From the NCBI GenBank assembly GCA_009914755.4, contig CP068257.2, positions 10,272,001-10,336,000 of the forward strand: a stretch of DNA of 64,000 nt, read 5' to 3'. Under the pieces are notes generated by a model. That model ran no database searches. It saw only the letters and a list, made by a program, of their open reading frames with translations, and was not told the origin of the DNA. Both the position numbers and the translations under genes were made by a program. Source of the DNA: the human T2T-CHM13v2.0 reference genome, Homo sapiens. Within the stretch, counting starts at the first letter, position 1. Every line of letters begins with the position of its first letter. Shown piece after piece: positions 37,597-52,224 of this stretch.

Positions 37597-40500
37597 GATT
37601 AATCAATTTGGATACTCTGTTGTTGTAGAATCTACAAGGAGATATTTGTGAGCGCTTTGATGCCTATGGTGAAAAAGGAAATATCTTCACCTAAAAACTA
37701 GACAGAAGCATTCTGAGAAACTTCTTTGCGATGTATGCATTCGTCTCACACAGTTGAACCTTTCTTCTGATTGAGCAGTTTCAAAACAGTCCTTTTGTAG
37801 AATCTTCAAAGGGATATTTGTGAGCCCATTGAGGCCTATGGTGAAATAGGAAATATCTTCATATAAAAACTAGTCAGAAGATTTCTGGAAACTTATTTGT
37901 GATGTGTGCTTTCACCTCACAGAGTTGAACCTTTCTTTTGATTGAGCAGTTTGAAAACACACTTTTTGTAGAATCTGCAAATGGATATTTGGAGCACTTT
38001 GAGGACTATGGTGAAAAAGGAAATATCTTCACATAAAAATTAGAAAGCAACATTTTATGAAACTTCTTTGTGATGCGTGCTTTCATCTCACATAGTTGAA
38101 CCTTTCTATTCATTGAGTAGTTTGGAAACCATCTTTTGTAGAATCTGCAAATGGATATTTGGAGTGGTTTGAGGCCTTCGTGAGAAAGGAAATATCTTCA
38201 CATAAAAACTAGACAGAAGCATCCTGAGAAACTTCTTGGTGACGTGTGCATTTACCACACAGAGTTGAACTGATCTGTTGATTGAACAGTTTGGTAACAG
38301 TCTTTTTGTAGTATCTGTAGAGGGATGTTTGTGAGCAGTTTGAGGCCTATGGTGAGCAAGGAAATATCTTCACATAAAAACTAGACAGAAGCTTTCTGAG
38401 AAATTTCTTTGTGATGTGTGAATTAATCTCAGAGTGTTGAATCTTTCTTTGGATTGAGCAGTTTGTAAACAATCCTTTTGTAGAATCTGCAAAGGTATAT
38501 TTCTGAGCCCATTGAGGCCTATGGTGAAATATGAAATATCTTCCCATAAAAAGAAGATAGAAGGTTTCTAAGAAACTTCTCAGTGATGTGTGCTTCCATC
38601 TCACAGAGTTGAACATTTCTATTCATTGAGCAGTTTGGAAACCATCTTTTTGCAGAATCTGCAAATGGATATTTGGAGTGGTTTGAGGACTTTGTGAGAA
38701 AGGAAATATCTTCACATTAAAACTAGACAGAAGCATTCTGAGAAACTTCTTGGTGACGTGTGCATTTATCACACAGAGTTAAACCCTTCTTTTGATTGAA
38801 CAGTTTGGAAACAGTCTTTTTGTAGTATCTGTAGAGTGATTTTTGTGAGCAGTTTAAGGCCTATGGTGAACAAGGAAATATCTTCACATAAAAACTAGGC
38901 AGAAGCTTTCTGAGAAACTTCTTTGTGATGTGTGAACTCATCTCACAGTGTTGAACCTTTGTTTGGATGGAGCAGTTTGTAAACAATCCTTTTGTAGAAT
39001 CTGCAAAGGTATATTTCTGAGCCCATTGAGGCCTATGGTGAAATACGAAATATCTTCCCATAAAAACTAGACAGAAGGTTTCTAAGAAACTTCTTTGTGA
39101 TGTGTGCTTCCATCTAACAGAGTTGAACCTTTCTTTTGATTGAGCAGTTTGGAGACACTCTTTTTGTAGAATCTGCAAATGTATATTTGGAGCGCTTTGA
39201 GGCCTATGGTAAAAAAGGAAATACCATCACATAAAAATTCGATGGAAGAATTCTGAGAAACTTCTTTGTGAGGGTTGGATTCATCTCACACATTTGAACA
39301 TTTCTTTGATTGAAGATTTGGAAACAGTCTTTTTGTAAAATCTATAAAGGGATAATTGTGAACCCTTTGAGGCCTAGGGTGAAGTAGGAAATATCTTCAC
39401 ATAAAAACTACACAGAAATTTTCTGAGAAACGTTTTAGTGATGCGTGCATTCATCTCACAGTGTTGAACCTTTCCTTTGCTAGAGCACTTTGGAAACAGT
39501 CCTATTGTAGAATCCCCAAAGGGATACTTCTCAGCCGATTGAGGCCTTTGGTGATATTGGAAATATCTTCACATAAAAGCTAGACAGAAGCTTTCTGAGA
39601 AACTTATTTTTAATGAGTGCTCTCATCTCAAAGAGTTAAGTGTTTCTTTTGAATGAGCAGTTTGGAAACACTCTTTTTGCATAATCTGCAAATGGATAAT
39701 TGGAGCGTTTTGAGGCCTATGGTGAAAAAGGAAATATCTTCACATAAAAACTAAACAGAAGTTTTCTGGGAAACTACTTTGTAATGTGTGCATTCATCTC
39801 ACAGCGTTGAAAACTTCTTTTGATTGAGCAGTTTGTAAACAGTCTTTTTTGTAGAATCTGCAAATGGATATTTGGAGTGCTCTGAGTTCTATAGTGAAAA
39901 AGGAAATATCTTCCAAAAAAAACTAGAAAGAAACATTCTGAGAAACTTCTTTGTGATATGTACTTTCATCTCACAGAGTTGAACCTTTCTTTTCATTGAG
40001 CAGTTTGGAAACAGACTTTTTATAGAATCTGGAAATGCATATTTGGAGAGCTTTGAGGCCTATGGAGAAAAAGGAAATATCTTCAGATAAACACTAAACA
40101 GAAGCTTTCTGAGAAACTTCTTTGTGATGCCTGCATTCATATCACAGAGCTGAAACTTTCTTTTGATTTAGCAGTTTGTAAACAGTCTTTTGGTAGAATC
40201 TGCAAATAGATACTTGGAGTGCTTTGAGGCCTATGTTGAAAAAGGAAATATCTTCACAAAAAATCTAGAAAGATACATTCTGAGAAACTTCTTTGTGATG
40301 TGTGCTTTCACCTCACGGAGTTGAAACTTTCTTTTCATTGAGCAACTTGGAAACAGTCTTTTTGTGGAATCTGCAAATGGATATTTGGAGCGCTTTGAGG
40401 CTTGTGGTGAAAAAGGAAATATCTCATGTAAACCCTAGACAGAAGTATTCTGAGAAACTTCTTTGTATTGTGTCCATTCATCTCACAGAGTTGAAACTTT

Positions 40501-43500
40501 CTTTGGATTGAGCAGTTTGGAAATAGTCTTTTTGTAGAATCTGTGAAAAATATTTTTGGGCCCTTTATGGCCCATGGTGAAACAGAAAATATCCTCAAAG
40601 AAAAACTAGACATAAGCTTTCTGAGAAACTTCTTTGTGATGTGTACTTTCAACACACGGAGTTGTAGCTTTCTTTTGATTGAGCAGTTTTGAAACAGTCT
40701 TTTTGCGGAATCAGCAAATGGATGTTTGGAGTGCTTTGAGGCCTATGGTGAAAAAGTGAATAACTTCACATAAAAAATAGACAGAAGCATTGTGAGAAAC
40801 ATCTCTGTGATGTGTGCATTCATCTCACAGAGTTGAACCTTTCTTTGATTGAGCAGTTTGGAAACAGTCCTTTTGTAGAATCTGCAAAGGGATATTTCTG
40901 AGCCCATTGAAGCCTAGGGTGAAAAAGAAATGTCTTCCCATAAAAAGTAGATAGAAGCATTCTGATAAACTTTTTTGTGGTGTGTCCATTCATCTCACAG
41001 AGTTGAAACTTCCCTTGGATTGAGCAGTTTGAAAACAGTCTTTTTGCAGAATTTACAAAAAAATTTTGTGAGCCCTATATGGCCCATGGTGAAATAGGAA
41101 ATATCGTCACATAAAAAATAGACAGAAGCTTTCTGAGAGACTACTTTGTGATGTTTGCTTCCGTGTCACAGGTTTGAACCTTTCTTTTGATTGAGCAGTT
41201 TGGAAACACTCTTTTTGTAGAATCTACAAATGGGTATTTGGAGCGCTTTGAGGCCTATGGTGAAAAAAGAAATATCTGCACATAAAAACTAGACAGATGC
41301 ATTCTGCAAAACTTCTTTGTGATGTGTGCATTCATCTCACAGAGTTGAATCTTTCTTTGGATTCAGCAGTTTTCTAAACAGACCTTTTGTAAAATCTACA
41401 AAGTAATACTTCTGAGCCCATTGAGGCCTATGGTGAAAAAGGAAATATCTTCACACGAAATCTTAACAGAAGCATTCTGAGAAACTTCTTTGTGATGTGT
41501 GCACTCATCTCACAGTGTTGAAACTTTCTTTTGATTGAGCAGTTTGGAAACAGTCTTTTTGTACAATCTGCAAAGGGATATTTCTGAGCCATTTGAGGCC
41601 TACTGTGAAAGAGAAATATCTTCATATAAAAACTAGCAAAAGCATTCTGAGAAACTTCTTTGTAATGTGTGCATTCATCACACAGAGTTGAAACTTTCTT
41701 TTGATTGAGCAGTTTGGGGACAGTCTTTTTGTATAATGTGCAAAAGGATATTTGTGAGCCCTTTCAGGACTGTGGTGAAATAGGGAATATCTTCACAAAA
41801 AAACTAGACCGAAGCTTTTGGAGAAACTTCTTTGTGTTGTGTGCTTTCATCTCACAGAGTTGAACTTTTCTTTTGATTGAGCAGTTTGGAAACATTCTTT
41901 TTGTAGAATCTGAAGATGGATATTTGCAGCATTTCAGGCCTATGGTGAACAGGAAATTTCTTCACATAAAAACTAGACAGAAGCATTCTGAGAAACTTCT
42001 TTGTGATGTGTGCATTCATGTCACAGAGTTAAAACTTTCTGTGGCTTGAGCAGTTTGGAAAGAATTCTTTTGCAGAATCTGCAAAGGGATGTTTGTGAGC
42101 CCATTGGGGCCTATGGTGAAATAGGAAATGTCTTCACATAAAAACTAGGCAGAAGCTTTTTGTAAAACTTCTTTGTGCTGTGTGCTTTCACCACAAAGAG
42201 TTGAACCTCTCTTTTGAGTGAGCAGTTTGGAAACACTCTTTTTGTAGAAATTGCAAATGGATATTTGGAGTGCTTTGACGCCTATAGTGAAAAAGAAAAT
42301 ATCTGCATTTAAAAACTAGACAGAAACTTTCTGAGAAACTTCTTTGTGATGTGTGCTTTCATCTCACAGATTTGGACCTTGCTTTTCATTGAGAAGTTTG
42401 GCAACAACTCGTTTTGTAGAATCTGCAAAGAGATATTTGTCAGCAGTTTGAGGCCTATGGTGAAAAAGTAAATATCTTCACCTAAAACCTAGACAGAAGC
42501 ATTTTGAGAAAACTCTTTGTGATGTTTGCATTCATCTCACTGAGTTGAACCTTTCTGTTCATTGAGCAGTGTGGAAACATGCTTTTTGTGCAATCTGCAA
42601 AGGAATATTTGTTTGCGGTTTGAGACCTATGGTGAAAAAGTAATAACTTCAAATAAAAACTGGACAGAAACATTCTGATAAACTAATTTTGCATGTGTGC
42701 ATTGATCTCACAGAGTTGAATCTTTCTTTTGATGAAGCAGTTCGGAAACAGTTTTTTGTAGAATCTGAATAGGGATATTTGTGATCCCTTTGAGGCCTAA
42801 GGAGAAATAGGAAATATCTTCACATAAAAACTAGACGGAAACTTTCTGAGAAAGTTCTTTGTGACGTGGGCTTTCATCTCACAGATGTGAAACTTTATTT
42901 TGATTGAGCAGTTTGGAAAGAGTCTTTTGTAGTATCTGCAGAGGGCTATTAGTGAGCGGACAGGCTTATAGTGAAAAAAGAAGTGGCTTCTCAAAAAAAC
43001 TATACAGAAGAATTCTGAGAGACTTCTTTGTAATGTGTGCATTTATCTTACAGTGTTAAACCTTTCTTTTGATCGAGCTTTTTGGAAACACTCTTTTTGT
43101 AGCATCTGCAAGAGTATACTTCTGAGCCCATTGAGACCTATTTTGAAATATGAAATATCTTCACATAAAAACTAGATAGAAGGTTTCTAAGAAACACTTG
43201 TGTGAAGTGTGCTTTCATCTCACAGAGTTGAACCTCTCTTTTCATTGAGCAGTTTGAAAACACTCTTTTTGTAGAATCTGCAAGTGGATATTTGGAGTGC
43301 TTTCAGGCCCATGGTGAAAAAGGAAATACCTTCACATAATAACCACACAGAAGCATTCTGAGAAACTTCTTTGTGATGTGTGCATTCATCTCACAGTGTT
43401 GAAACTTTATTTTGTTTGAGCAGTTTAGAAACAGTCTTTTCCTGCATTCTGCAAAGGTGTATTTCTGAGCCATTTGAGGTCTATGTGAAAAAGAAATATC

Positions 43501-45066
43501 TTCATATTTAAACTAGACAGAAGCATTCTGAGGAACTTCTTTGTGATGTCTCCATTCATCTGACAGATTTGAAGATTTCTTTTAATTCACACTTTTGAAA
43601 CCATATTTTTGTAGAATCTGCAAAGGGATATTTTTGAGACATTTGAAGCTTATAGTGACATAGTAAATATCGTCACATAAAAACTAGACAGGAGAGTTCT
43701 GAGAAACTTCATTCTCATGTGTGCATTCACCTCACAGAATTTAAGCTTTCTTTTGATTGAGCAGTATGGAAATGGTTGTCTTTTAGAAACTGGAAAGGGA
43801 TATTTCTTAGCCCTTTGAGGCCTATGGTGAAACTGGAAATATCTTCACATGAAAACTAGACCGAAGCTTTCTGAGAAAGTCCTTTGAGATGTGTGCTTTC
43901 ATCTCACAGAGTTAAAACTTTCTTTTGATTGAGCAGTTTGGAAACACTCTTTTTGTGATATCTGTAAATGGATATTAGGAGTGCTTTGAGGTCAATGGTG
44001 ACAAAGGAAATATCCTCACATAAAAACTAAACAGAAATTTTCTGAGAAATTACTTTTTGATGTGTCCATTAATCTAACAGAGTTGAAACTTTCTTTTTAT
44101 TGAGCAGTTTGGATATAGTCTTTTTGTAGAATCTGCAAAAAAATATTTGTGAGCCCTTTATTGCCTATGGTGAAATAGGAATTTTCTTCACATATAAACT
44201 AGAAAGAAGCATTCTGAGAAACTTCTTTTTGATGTGTGCATTCATCTCACATAGTTGAAACTTTCTTTGGATTGAGCAGTTTGGAAACAGCCCTTTTGTA
44301 GAATCTGCAAAGGAATATTTCTGAGCGCATTGAGTACTATGGTGCAATGTGAAATATCTTCACATAAAAACTAGAAAGAAGCTTTCTAAGAAACTTCTTT
44401 GTGATGTGTGCTTTCATCTCACAGAATTGAAACTTTCTTTTGATTGAGGAGTTTGGAAACACTCTTTATCTAGAATCTGCAAATGGATATTTTGAGCGCT
44501 ATTGAGGCCCATGGTGAAAAACGCAATATCCTCACATAAAAACTAAACAGAAGCTTTCTGAGAGACTTCCTTGTGATGTGTGCATTCATCTCACAGAGTT
44601 GAACCTTTCTTTTTATTGAGCAGGTTAGAAAGAGGCTTATTGAACAATCTGCAAAGGGATAATTCTGATCATTTTGAGTCCTATGGTGAAAGAGAAATAT
44701 CTTCACATAAAAACTAGACAGAATCATTCCAAGAAATTTCTTTGTGATGTGTCCATTCATCTCACAGAGTTGAAACTTTCTTTTGATTGAGCAGTTTGGA
44801 AACAGTCTTTTTGTAGAACCTTCAAAGGGATATTTGTGAGCCCTTTATGACCTCAGGTAAAATAGAAAATATCTTCACATACAAACTAGAGAGAAGCTGT
44901 TTGAGTAACTTTTTTGTGATGTGTGCTTTCATCTCACAGAGGTAAAAATTTGTTTTGATTGATTAGTTTGGAAGCAGTCTTTTTGTTGAATCTGCAAATG
45001 GATGTTTGGATTGCTTTGAGGCCTATGTTGAGAAAGGTAATATGTTCACTAAAAACAAGACAGAAG
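37583..45066 (+). repeat. Alpha satellite, divergent monomers, + orientation
   Basis: Continuous 171-bp periodicity. Monomers are visibly diverged from one another; a rough estimate is 70-85% identity. Confidence 0.96.
38090..39125 (+). repeat. Tandem duplication (2 copies) of a 3-monomer (~514 bp) alpha-satellite block
   Basis: 38090-38605 and 38606-39125 are near-identical (estimated above 90%). Both include the rare 4-bp-deleted variant ggagtggtttgaggccttcgtgagaaagg or ggagtggtttgaggactttgtgagaaagg. The - strand ORFs 38347-38616 and 38861-39178 encode near-identical peptides (FNSVRWKHTS.RSFLETF...HRPQWAQKYTFADSTKGLFTNCSIQ). Confidence 0.85.
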
Positions 45067-45510
45067 ACTGGATTAAGAAAATGTGGCACATATACACCAT
45101 GGAATACTATGCAGCTATAATAAATGATGATTTCATGTACTTTGTAGGGACATAGATGAAATTGGAAATCACCATTCTCAGTAAACTATCGCAAGAACAA
45201 AAAACCAAACACTGCATATTCTCACTCAAGGGTGGGAATTGAACAATGAGAGCAACACATGGACACAGGAAGGGGAACATCACACTCTGGGGACTGTTGT
45301 GGGGTGGGGGGAAGGGGGAGGGATAGCATTGGGAGATATACCTAATGCTAGATGACGAGTTAGTGGGTGCAGCACACCAGCATGGCACATGTATACATAT
45401 GTAACAAACCTGCACATTGTGCACATGTACCCTAAAACTTAAAGTATAATAATAATAAATTAAAAAACTAACTTTGAAAGAAATAAAAAAGTGTTGAAAA
45501 TAAAAAAAAA
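45067..45510 (+). mobile_element. L1 5'-truncated 3' fragment (+ strand) with bipartite A-rich tail
   Basis: gactggattaagaaaatgtggcacatatacaccatggaatactatgcagc (IDWIKKMWHIYTMEYYAAI) runs through ...gggtgcagcacaccagcatggcacatgtatacatatgtaacaaacctgcacattgtgcacatgtaccctaaaacttaaagtataataataataaattaaaaaa. This is followed by 43 nt ctaactttgaaagaaataaaaaagtgttgaaaataaaaaaaaa before alpha resumes. The - strand ORF 45107-45685 in the track is the antisense artefact. Confidence 0.93.
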
Positions 45511-48500
45511 GATTCCTGAGAAACTCCTTTGTTATGTGTGCATTCATCTCACCAGTTTGAAATTTTCTTTTGATTGAGCAGTTTAGAAACAGTCTTTTTG
45601 TACAATCTACAAAGTGATATTTCTGAACGGTTTGATGCCTATGGTGAAAAAGAAATATCTTCACATAAAAACTAGACAGAAGCATTATGATAACCTAATT
45701 TATTATGTGTGCATTCGTCTCACAGAGTTGAACATTTCTTTTCATTTAGCAGTTCGAAAACTGTCTTTGTAGAATCTGCAATGGGGTATTTGTGAGATCT
45801 TTGAGGCCCATGGTGATATAGGAAATATCTTCACAAAAAAAGTAGAGAGAAGCATTATGAGAAACTTCTTCGTGATGTGTACTTTCTTTTCACAGATTCG
45901 AATCTTTCTTTTAATTGAACAGTTGGAAACTCTCTTTTTGTAGAGTTTGCAAAAGGATATTTGGAGTGCTTTGAGGCCTATGGTGAAAAAGGAAATATTT
46001 TCACTTAAAAACTAAACAGAAGCTTTCTGAAAAACTTCTCTGTGATGTGAGTATTCATGTCACAGTGTTGAACCTTTGTTTTCATTGAGCAGTTTGGAAA
46101 CCATCTTTTTGTACAATCTGCAAAGGAATATTTCTGAGCAGTTTGAGGCCTATGGTGAAAAACAAATATCTTAACACAGAAACTAGACAGAGGCATTCTG
46201 AGAAACTTCTTATTCACATGTGCATTCATCTCCCAGAGATGAATCTTTCTTTTCATTGAGAAATTCGGAAACAATCTTTTGTAGAATTTGCAAAAGGATA
46301 TATGTGAGCCCACTGAGGCCCATGGTGAAATGGGAAATATCTTCACAGAAAAACTATACAGAAGCATACCGAGAAACTTCTTTGTGATGTTTGCATTCAT
46401 CTCACAGAGTTGAAATTTTCTTTTGATTGAGCAGTTTGGAAAAACTCTTTTTGAAGTATCTGCAAATGGATATTTGGAGCACTTTGTGGCTTGTGGTGAA
46501 AAACTAAATATCTTCACATAAAATCTAGTGAGAAACTTTCTGAAGAACTTCTTTGTGATGTGTGTTTTCATCTCACAGAGTTGAAAATTTCTTTTGATTG
46601 AGCAGTTTGGAAACACTATTTTGTAGAATCTGCAAATTGATATTTGGATTTCTTTGAGGCCTATCGTTAGAAGGGAAATATCTTCACATAAAAACTAGAC
46701 AGAAGATTTCTGAGAAACTTCTTTGTGATGTGTGCTTTCATCTCACAGACTTGAACTGTTCTTTTGATTGAGCAGTTAGGAAAAATTCTTTATCTACAAT
46801 CTGCAAAGGGATATTTCTGATTCCTATGGTGAAAAAGAAATATCCTCCCATAAAAATTAGACAGAAACATTCTGAGAAACTTCTTTGTGATGTGTGCTTT
46901 CATCTCACAGGTTTGAGCCTTTCTTTTGATTGAACACTTTGGAAACAGTCTTTTTGTACAATGTACAAAGGGATATTTCTGAATGGTTTGATGCCTATGG
47001 TGAAAAAGAAATATCTTCACAAAAAAACTAGACAGAAGCATTCTGAGTAACTTCTTTTTTATGTCTGCATTCGTCTCACAGAGTTGAACCTTTCTTTGCA
47101 TGGAGCAGTTCGAAAACAGTCTTTTTGTAGAGTCTGCAAAGGGATATTTGTGAGCTCTTTGAGGCGTATGGTGAAATATGAAATATCTTCACATAAAAAC
47201 CAGACAGAAGCATTATGAGGAACTTCTTTGTGATGTGTGGTTTCATCTCACAGAGTTGAACTTTTCTTTGCATTTGACAGTTTAGAAACAGTCTTTTTGT
47301 ACAATATGCAAAGGGATGTTTTTGAACGGTTTGAGGCCTATGGTGAAAAATAATTATGTCAGATAAAAACCAGACAGAAGCATTCTGAGAAACTTCTTTT
47401 TCATGTGTGCATTTATCTCACAGAATTGAACCTTTCTTTTCATGTAGCTGTTTGGAAACAGTCTTTTTGTAGAATCTGCAAATGGATATTTGGAGCACTT
47501 TGAGGCCTGTGGTGAAAAAGGAAATATCTTCACATAAAAACTAGACAGAAGCATTCTGAAAAACTTCTTTGGATGGGTGCATTCATTTCACAGAGATGAA
47601 GCATTCCTTTGATTGAACAGTTTTCAAGTAGTCTTTTTGTAGTATCTGCAGAGGGATATTTGGGAGCCATTTAAGGCCTATGGTGAAAAAGGAAATATCT
47701 TCACATAAAAACTAGACAGAGGCATTCTGAGAAACTTCTTTATGATATGCGCATTCATCTCACAGAGTTGAACCTGTCTTTTCATTGAGCAATTTGGAAA
47801 CAGTGTTTTTGTACAATCTGCAAAGGGATATTTCTTAGCTGTTTGAGGCCTCTGGTGAAAAAGTCATATCTTCACATAAAAACTAGGCAGAAGCCTTCTG
47901 AGAAACTTCTTTGTGATATGTCCATTCATCTCACAGAGTTGAAACTTTGTTTTGATTGAGTTGTTTGGAAACAGGCTTTTTGTAGAGTCTGCAAAGGGAT
48001 ATTTGGAAGACCTTTATGGCTTATGATGAAATAGGAAATATCTTCACATAAAAACTAGAAAAATATTCTGAGAAACTTCTTTGTGATGTGTGCTTTCATC
48101 TCACAGAGTTGAAACTTTCTTCTGATTGAGCAGTTTGGAAAGAGGCCTTTTGTAGTATCTGAAAAGAGATATTTTTGAGCCCATTGAGGCCTATGCTGAA
48201 AGAGGAAATATCTTCACATATAAGCTAGATAAAAACTTTCTGAGAAAATTCTTTGTGATGTGTGTTTTCATCTCACAAAGTAGAATCTTTCTTTTCATTG
48301 AGCAGTTTAGAAGCAGTCTTTTTGTAACAGCTGCATAGGGATATTTCTGAGTGGTTTGAGGCCTATGGTGACAAAGAAATATCTTCACATAAAACTAGAC
48401 AGAAGCATTCTGAGAAACTTCTTTTTTAGGTGTGAATTCATCTCACAGAGTTGAAACTTACTTTTCATTGAGCAGTTCTGTAACAGTCTTTTTGTAGAAT

Positions 48501-48777
48501 CTGCAAAAGGATATTTGTGAGCCCCTTGAGGCCCATGGTGTAACAGGAAATACCTTCACTTAAAAACTAGACAGAAGCATTCTGAGTAACTTCTTTGTGA
48601 TTTGTGATTTCATCTCACAGAGTTGAACCTTTCTTTTGATTGAGCAGTTTGGAAAACCTCTTTTTGCACAATCTGCAAAAGATATTTGGTGCACTTTGTG
48701 GACTATGGTGAAAAAGGAAATATCTTCATATAAAAACTAGAAAGAAACTTTCTGAGAAACTTCTTTGTGATGTGCAC
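45511..48777 (+). repeat. Alpha satellite, divergent monomers, + orientation
   Basis: 171-bp monomers of the same family as upstream. Confidence 0.96.
48752..48774. other. Candidate TSD (left copy) of L1 insertion 3
   Basis: ctgagaaacttctttgtgatgtg lies immediately left of the L1 poly-T tail. An identical 23-mer at 50356-50378 lies immediately right of the L1. Caveat: this motif is conserved in most alpha monomers. Confidence 0.45.
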
Positions 48778-50354
<1,577 letters not shown>

Positions 50355-52224
50355 CCTGAGAAACTTCTTTGTGATGTGTGCATTCATCTCACAGAGTTGA
50401 ACCTTTCTTTTGATTGGGCAGTTTGGAAACAGTCTTTTTGTAGAATCTGCAAAGTGATATGTTTCAGTGGTTTGAATCCAATGGTGAAAAAGGAAATATC
50501 GAAAAATAAAATGTAGACAGCAGCTTTCTGAAGAACTTCTTTGTGATGTGTGCATTCATCTCACAGGGTTGAATTTCTTTCAATTCACCAGTTTGGAAAC
50601 AGTCTTTTTGTAGAACCTGCAAAGTGATATTGGTGAACGCTTTGATGCTTATGGTGCAAAAGGAAATATCTTCATATAAAAACTAGACTCATGTTTTCTG
50701 GGAAACTTCTTTGTGATGGGTGTATGCATCTCAAAGACTTGAATCTTTCTTTTGATTGAGCAGTTTGGAAACAGTCTTTTTGGAGAATCTGTAAATGGAT
50801 GTTTTTGAGTGGTTTGAGGCATGTGATGAAAAAGGAAATATCTTCATATAAAAACTAGACAGAAGCATTCTGAGAAACCACTTTGCGATGCATGCATTCA
50901 TCTCACAGAGTTTAATTTTCTTTCATTGAGCAGATAGGAAACAGTCTTTTTGTAGAATAAGCAAAGCGATATTTGTGAGCTTTCTGAGGCCTATTGTGAA
51001 AAAGGAAATATCCACAAATAAAATCTAGACAGAATCCTTCTGAGAAACTTCGTAGTGATGTGTGCATTCATCACACAGAATTGAACCTTTCTTTTGATTG
51101 AGCAGTTTGGAAACAGTCTTTTCATAGAATCTGCAAAGGAAAATTTGGGAACACTTTCAGGCTTATGGTGAAAAAAAGTGTCTTCACATAAAAACTATAC
51201 AGAAACATTCTGAGAAACTTCTTTTTGATGTGTGCATTCATCTCACACAGCTGAACTTTCATTTGAGTGAGCAGTTTGGAAACAGTCCTATTGTAGAATC
51301 TGCAAAGGGTTATTTATGAGCTGTTTGAGGCCTATGGTGAAAAAGGGAGTATCGACAAATAAAAACTAGACAGAAACTTTCTGAGAAACTTCTCTCTGAT
51401 ATGTGCATTCATCTCACAGAGTAGAAGCTTTCTTTGATTGAGCCGTTTGGAAACAGTCTTTTTGTAGAATCTGCAAAGGGTTATATATAGGCGGTTTCAG
51501 GTCTATGGTGAAAAAGGAAATATCTTCACATAAAAACTAGACAGAAGCTTTCTGAGAAAATTCTTTGAGATGTGCACATTCATCTCACAGATTTGAAGTA
51601 TTCTTTTCCTTGACCAGTTTGGATAGAGTCTTTTTGTAGAATCTGCTTTGCGATATATGTGAGCCCTTTGAAGCCTATGGTGAAAAAAGTAATATCTTCA
51701 CACAAAAACTAGACAGAAGCTTTCTGAGAAACTTCTTTGTGATGTGTGCATTCATCCCAAAAGTTGAACCTGTCTTTGGATTGAGCAGTTTGGAAACAGT
51801 CCTTTGTAGAATGTACAAAGGGATATTTGGGATCCCTTTTTGGCCTATGGTGAAAAAGGAAATGTCTTCAGATAAAAACTAGACAGAAGCATTCTGAGAA
51901 ACTTCTTTGCGATGTGTGCATTCACCTCACAGAGTTGAAGCTTTCTTTTGATTGAGTAGTTTGGAAACAGTCTTTTTGTAGAATCTGAAAAGGGTTATTT
52001 ATGAGTGGTTTGAGGTCTATGGTGAAAAAGGGAGTATCAACAAATAAAAAGTAGACAGAAACTTTCTGAGAAACTTCTCTGGATGTGTGCATTCATCTCA
52101 CAGAGTGGAAGCTTTCTTTGATTGAGCAGTTTTGTAACAGTCTTTTTGTAGAATTTGCAAAGGGATATATGTAGGCAGTTTGAGGTCTATGGTGAAAACG
52201 GAAATATCTTCACATAAAAACTAA
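50355..52224 (+). repeat. Alpha satellite, divergent monomers, + orientation (last + block)
   Basis: 171-bp monomers, ending ...ggaaatatcttcacataaaaacta at the inversion point. Confidence 0.96.
50356..50378. other. Candidate TSD (right copy) of L1 insertion 3
   Basis: ctgagaaacttctttgtgatgtg. Confidence 0.45.

Noticed and set aside
45107-45685. 192-aa ORF on the - strand at 45107-45685
   Set aside because: It runs antisense through the L1 3'UTR/ORF2 stub and adjacent alpha monomers. It is a chance open frame with no L1 or cellular protein similarity.
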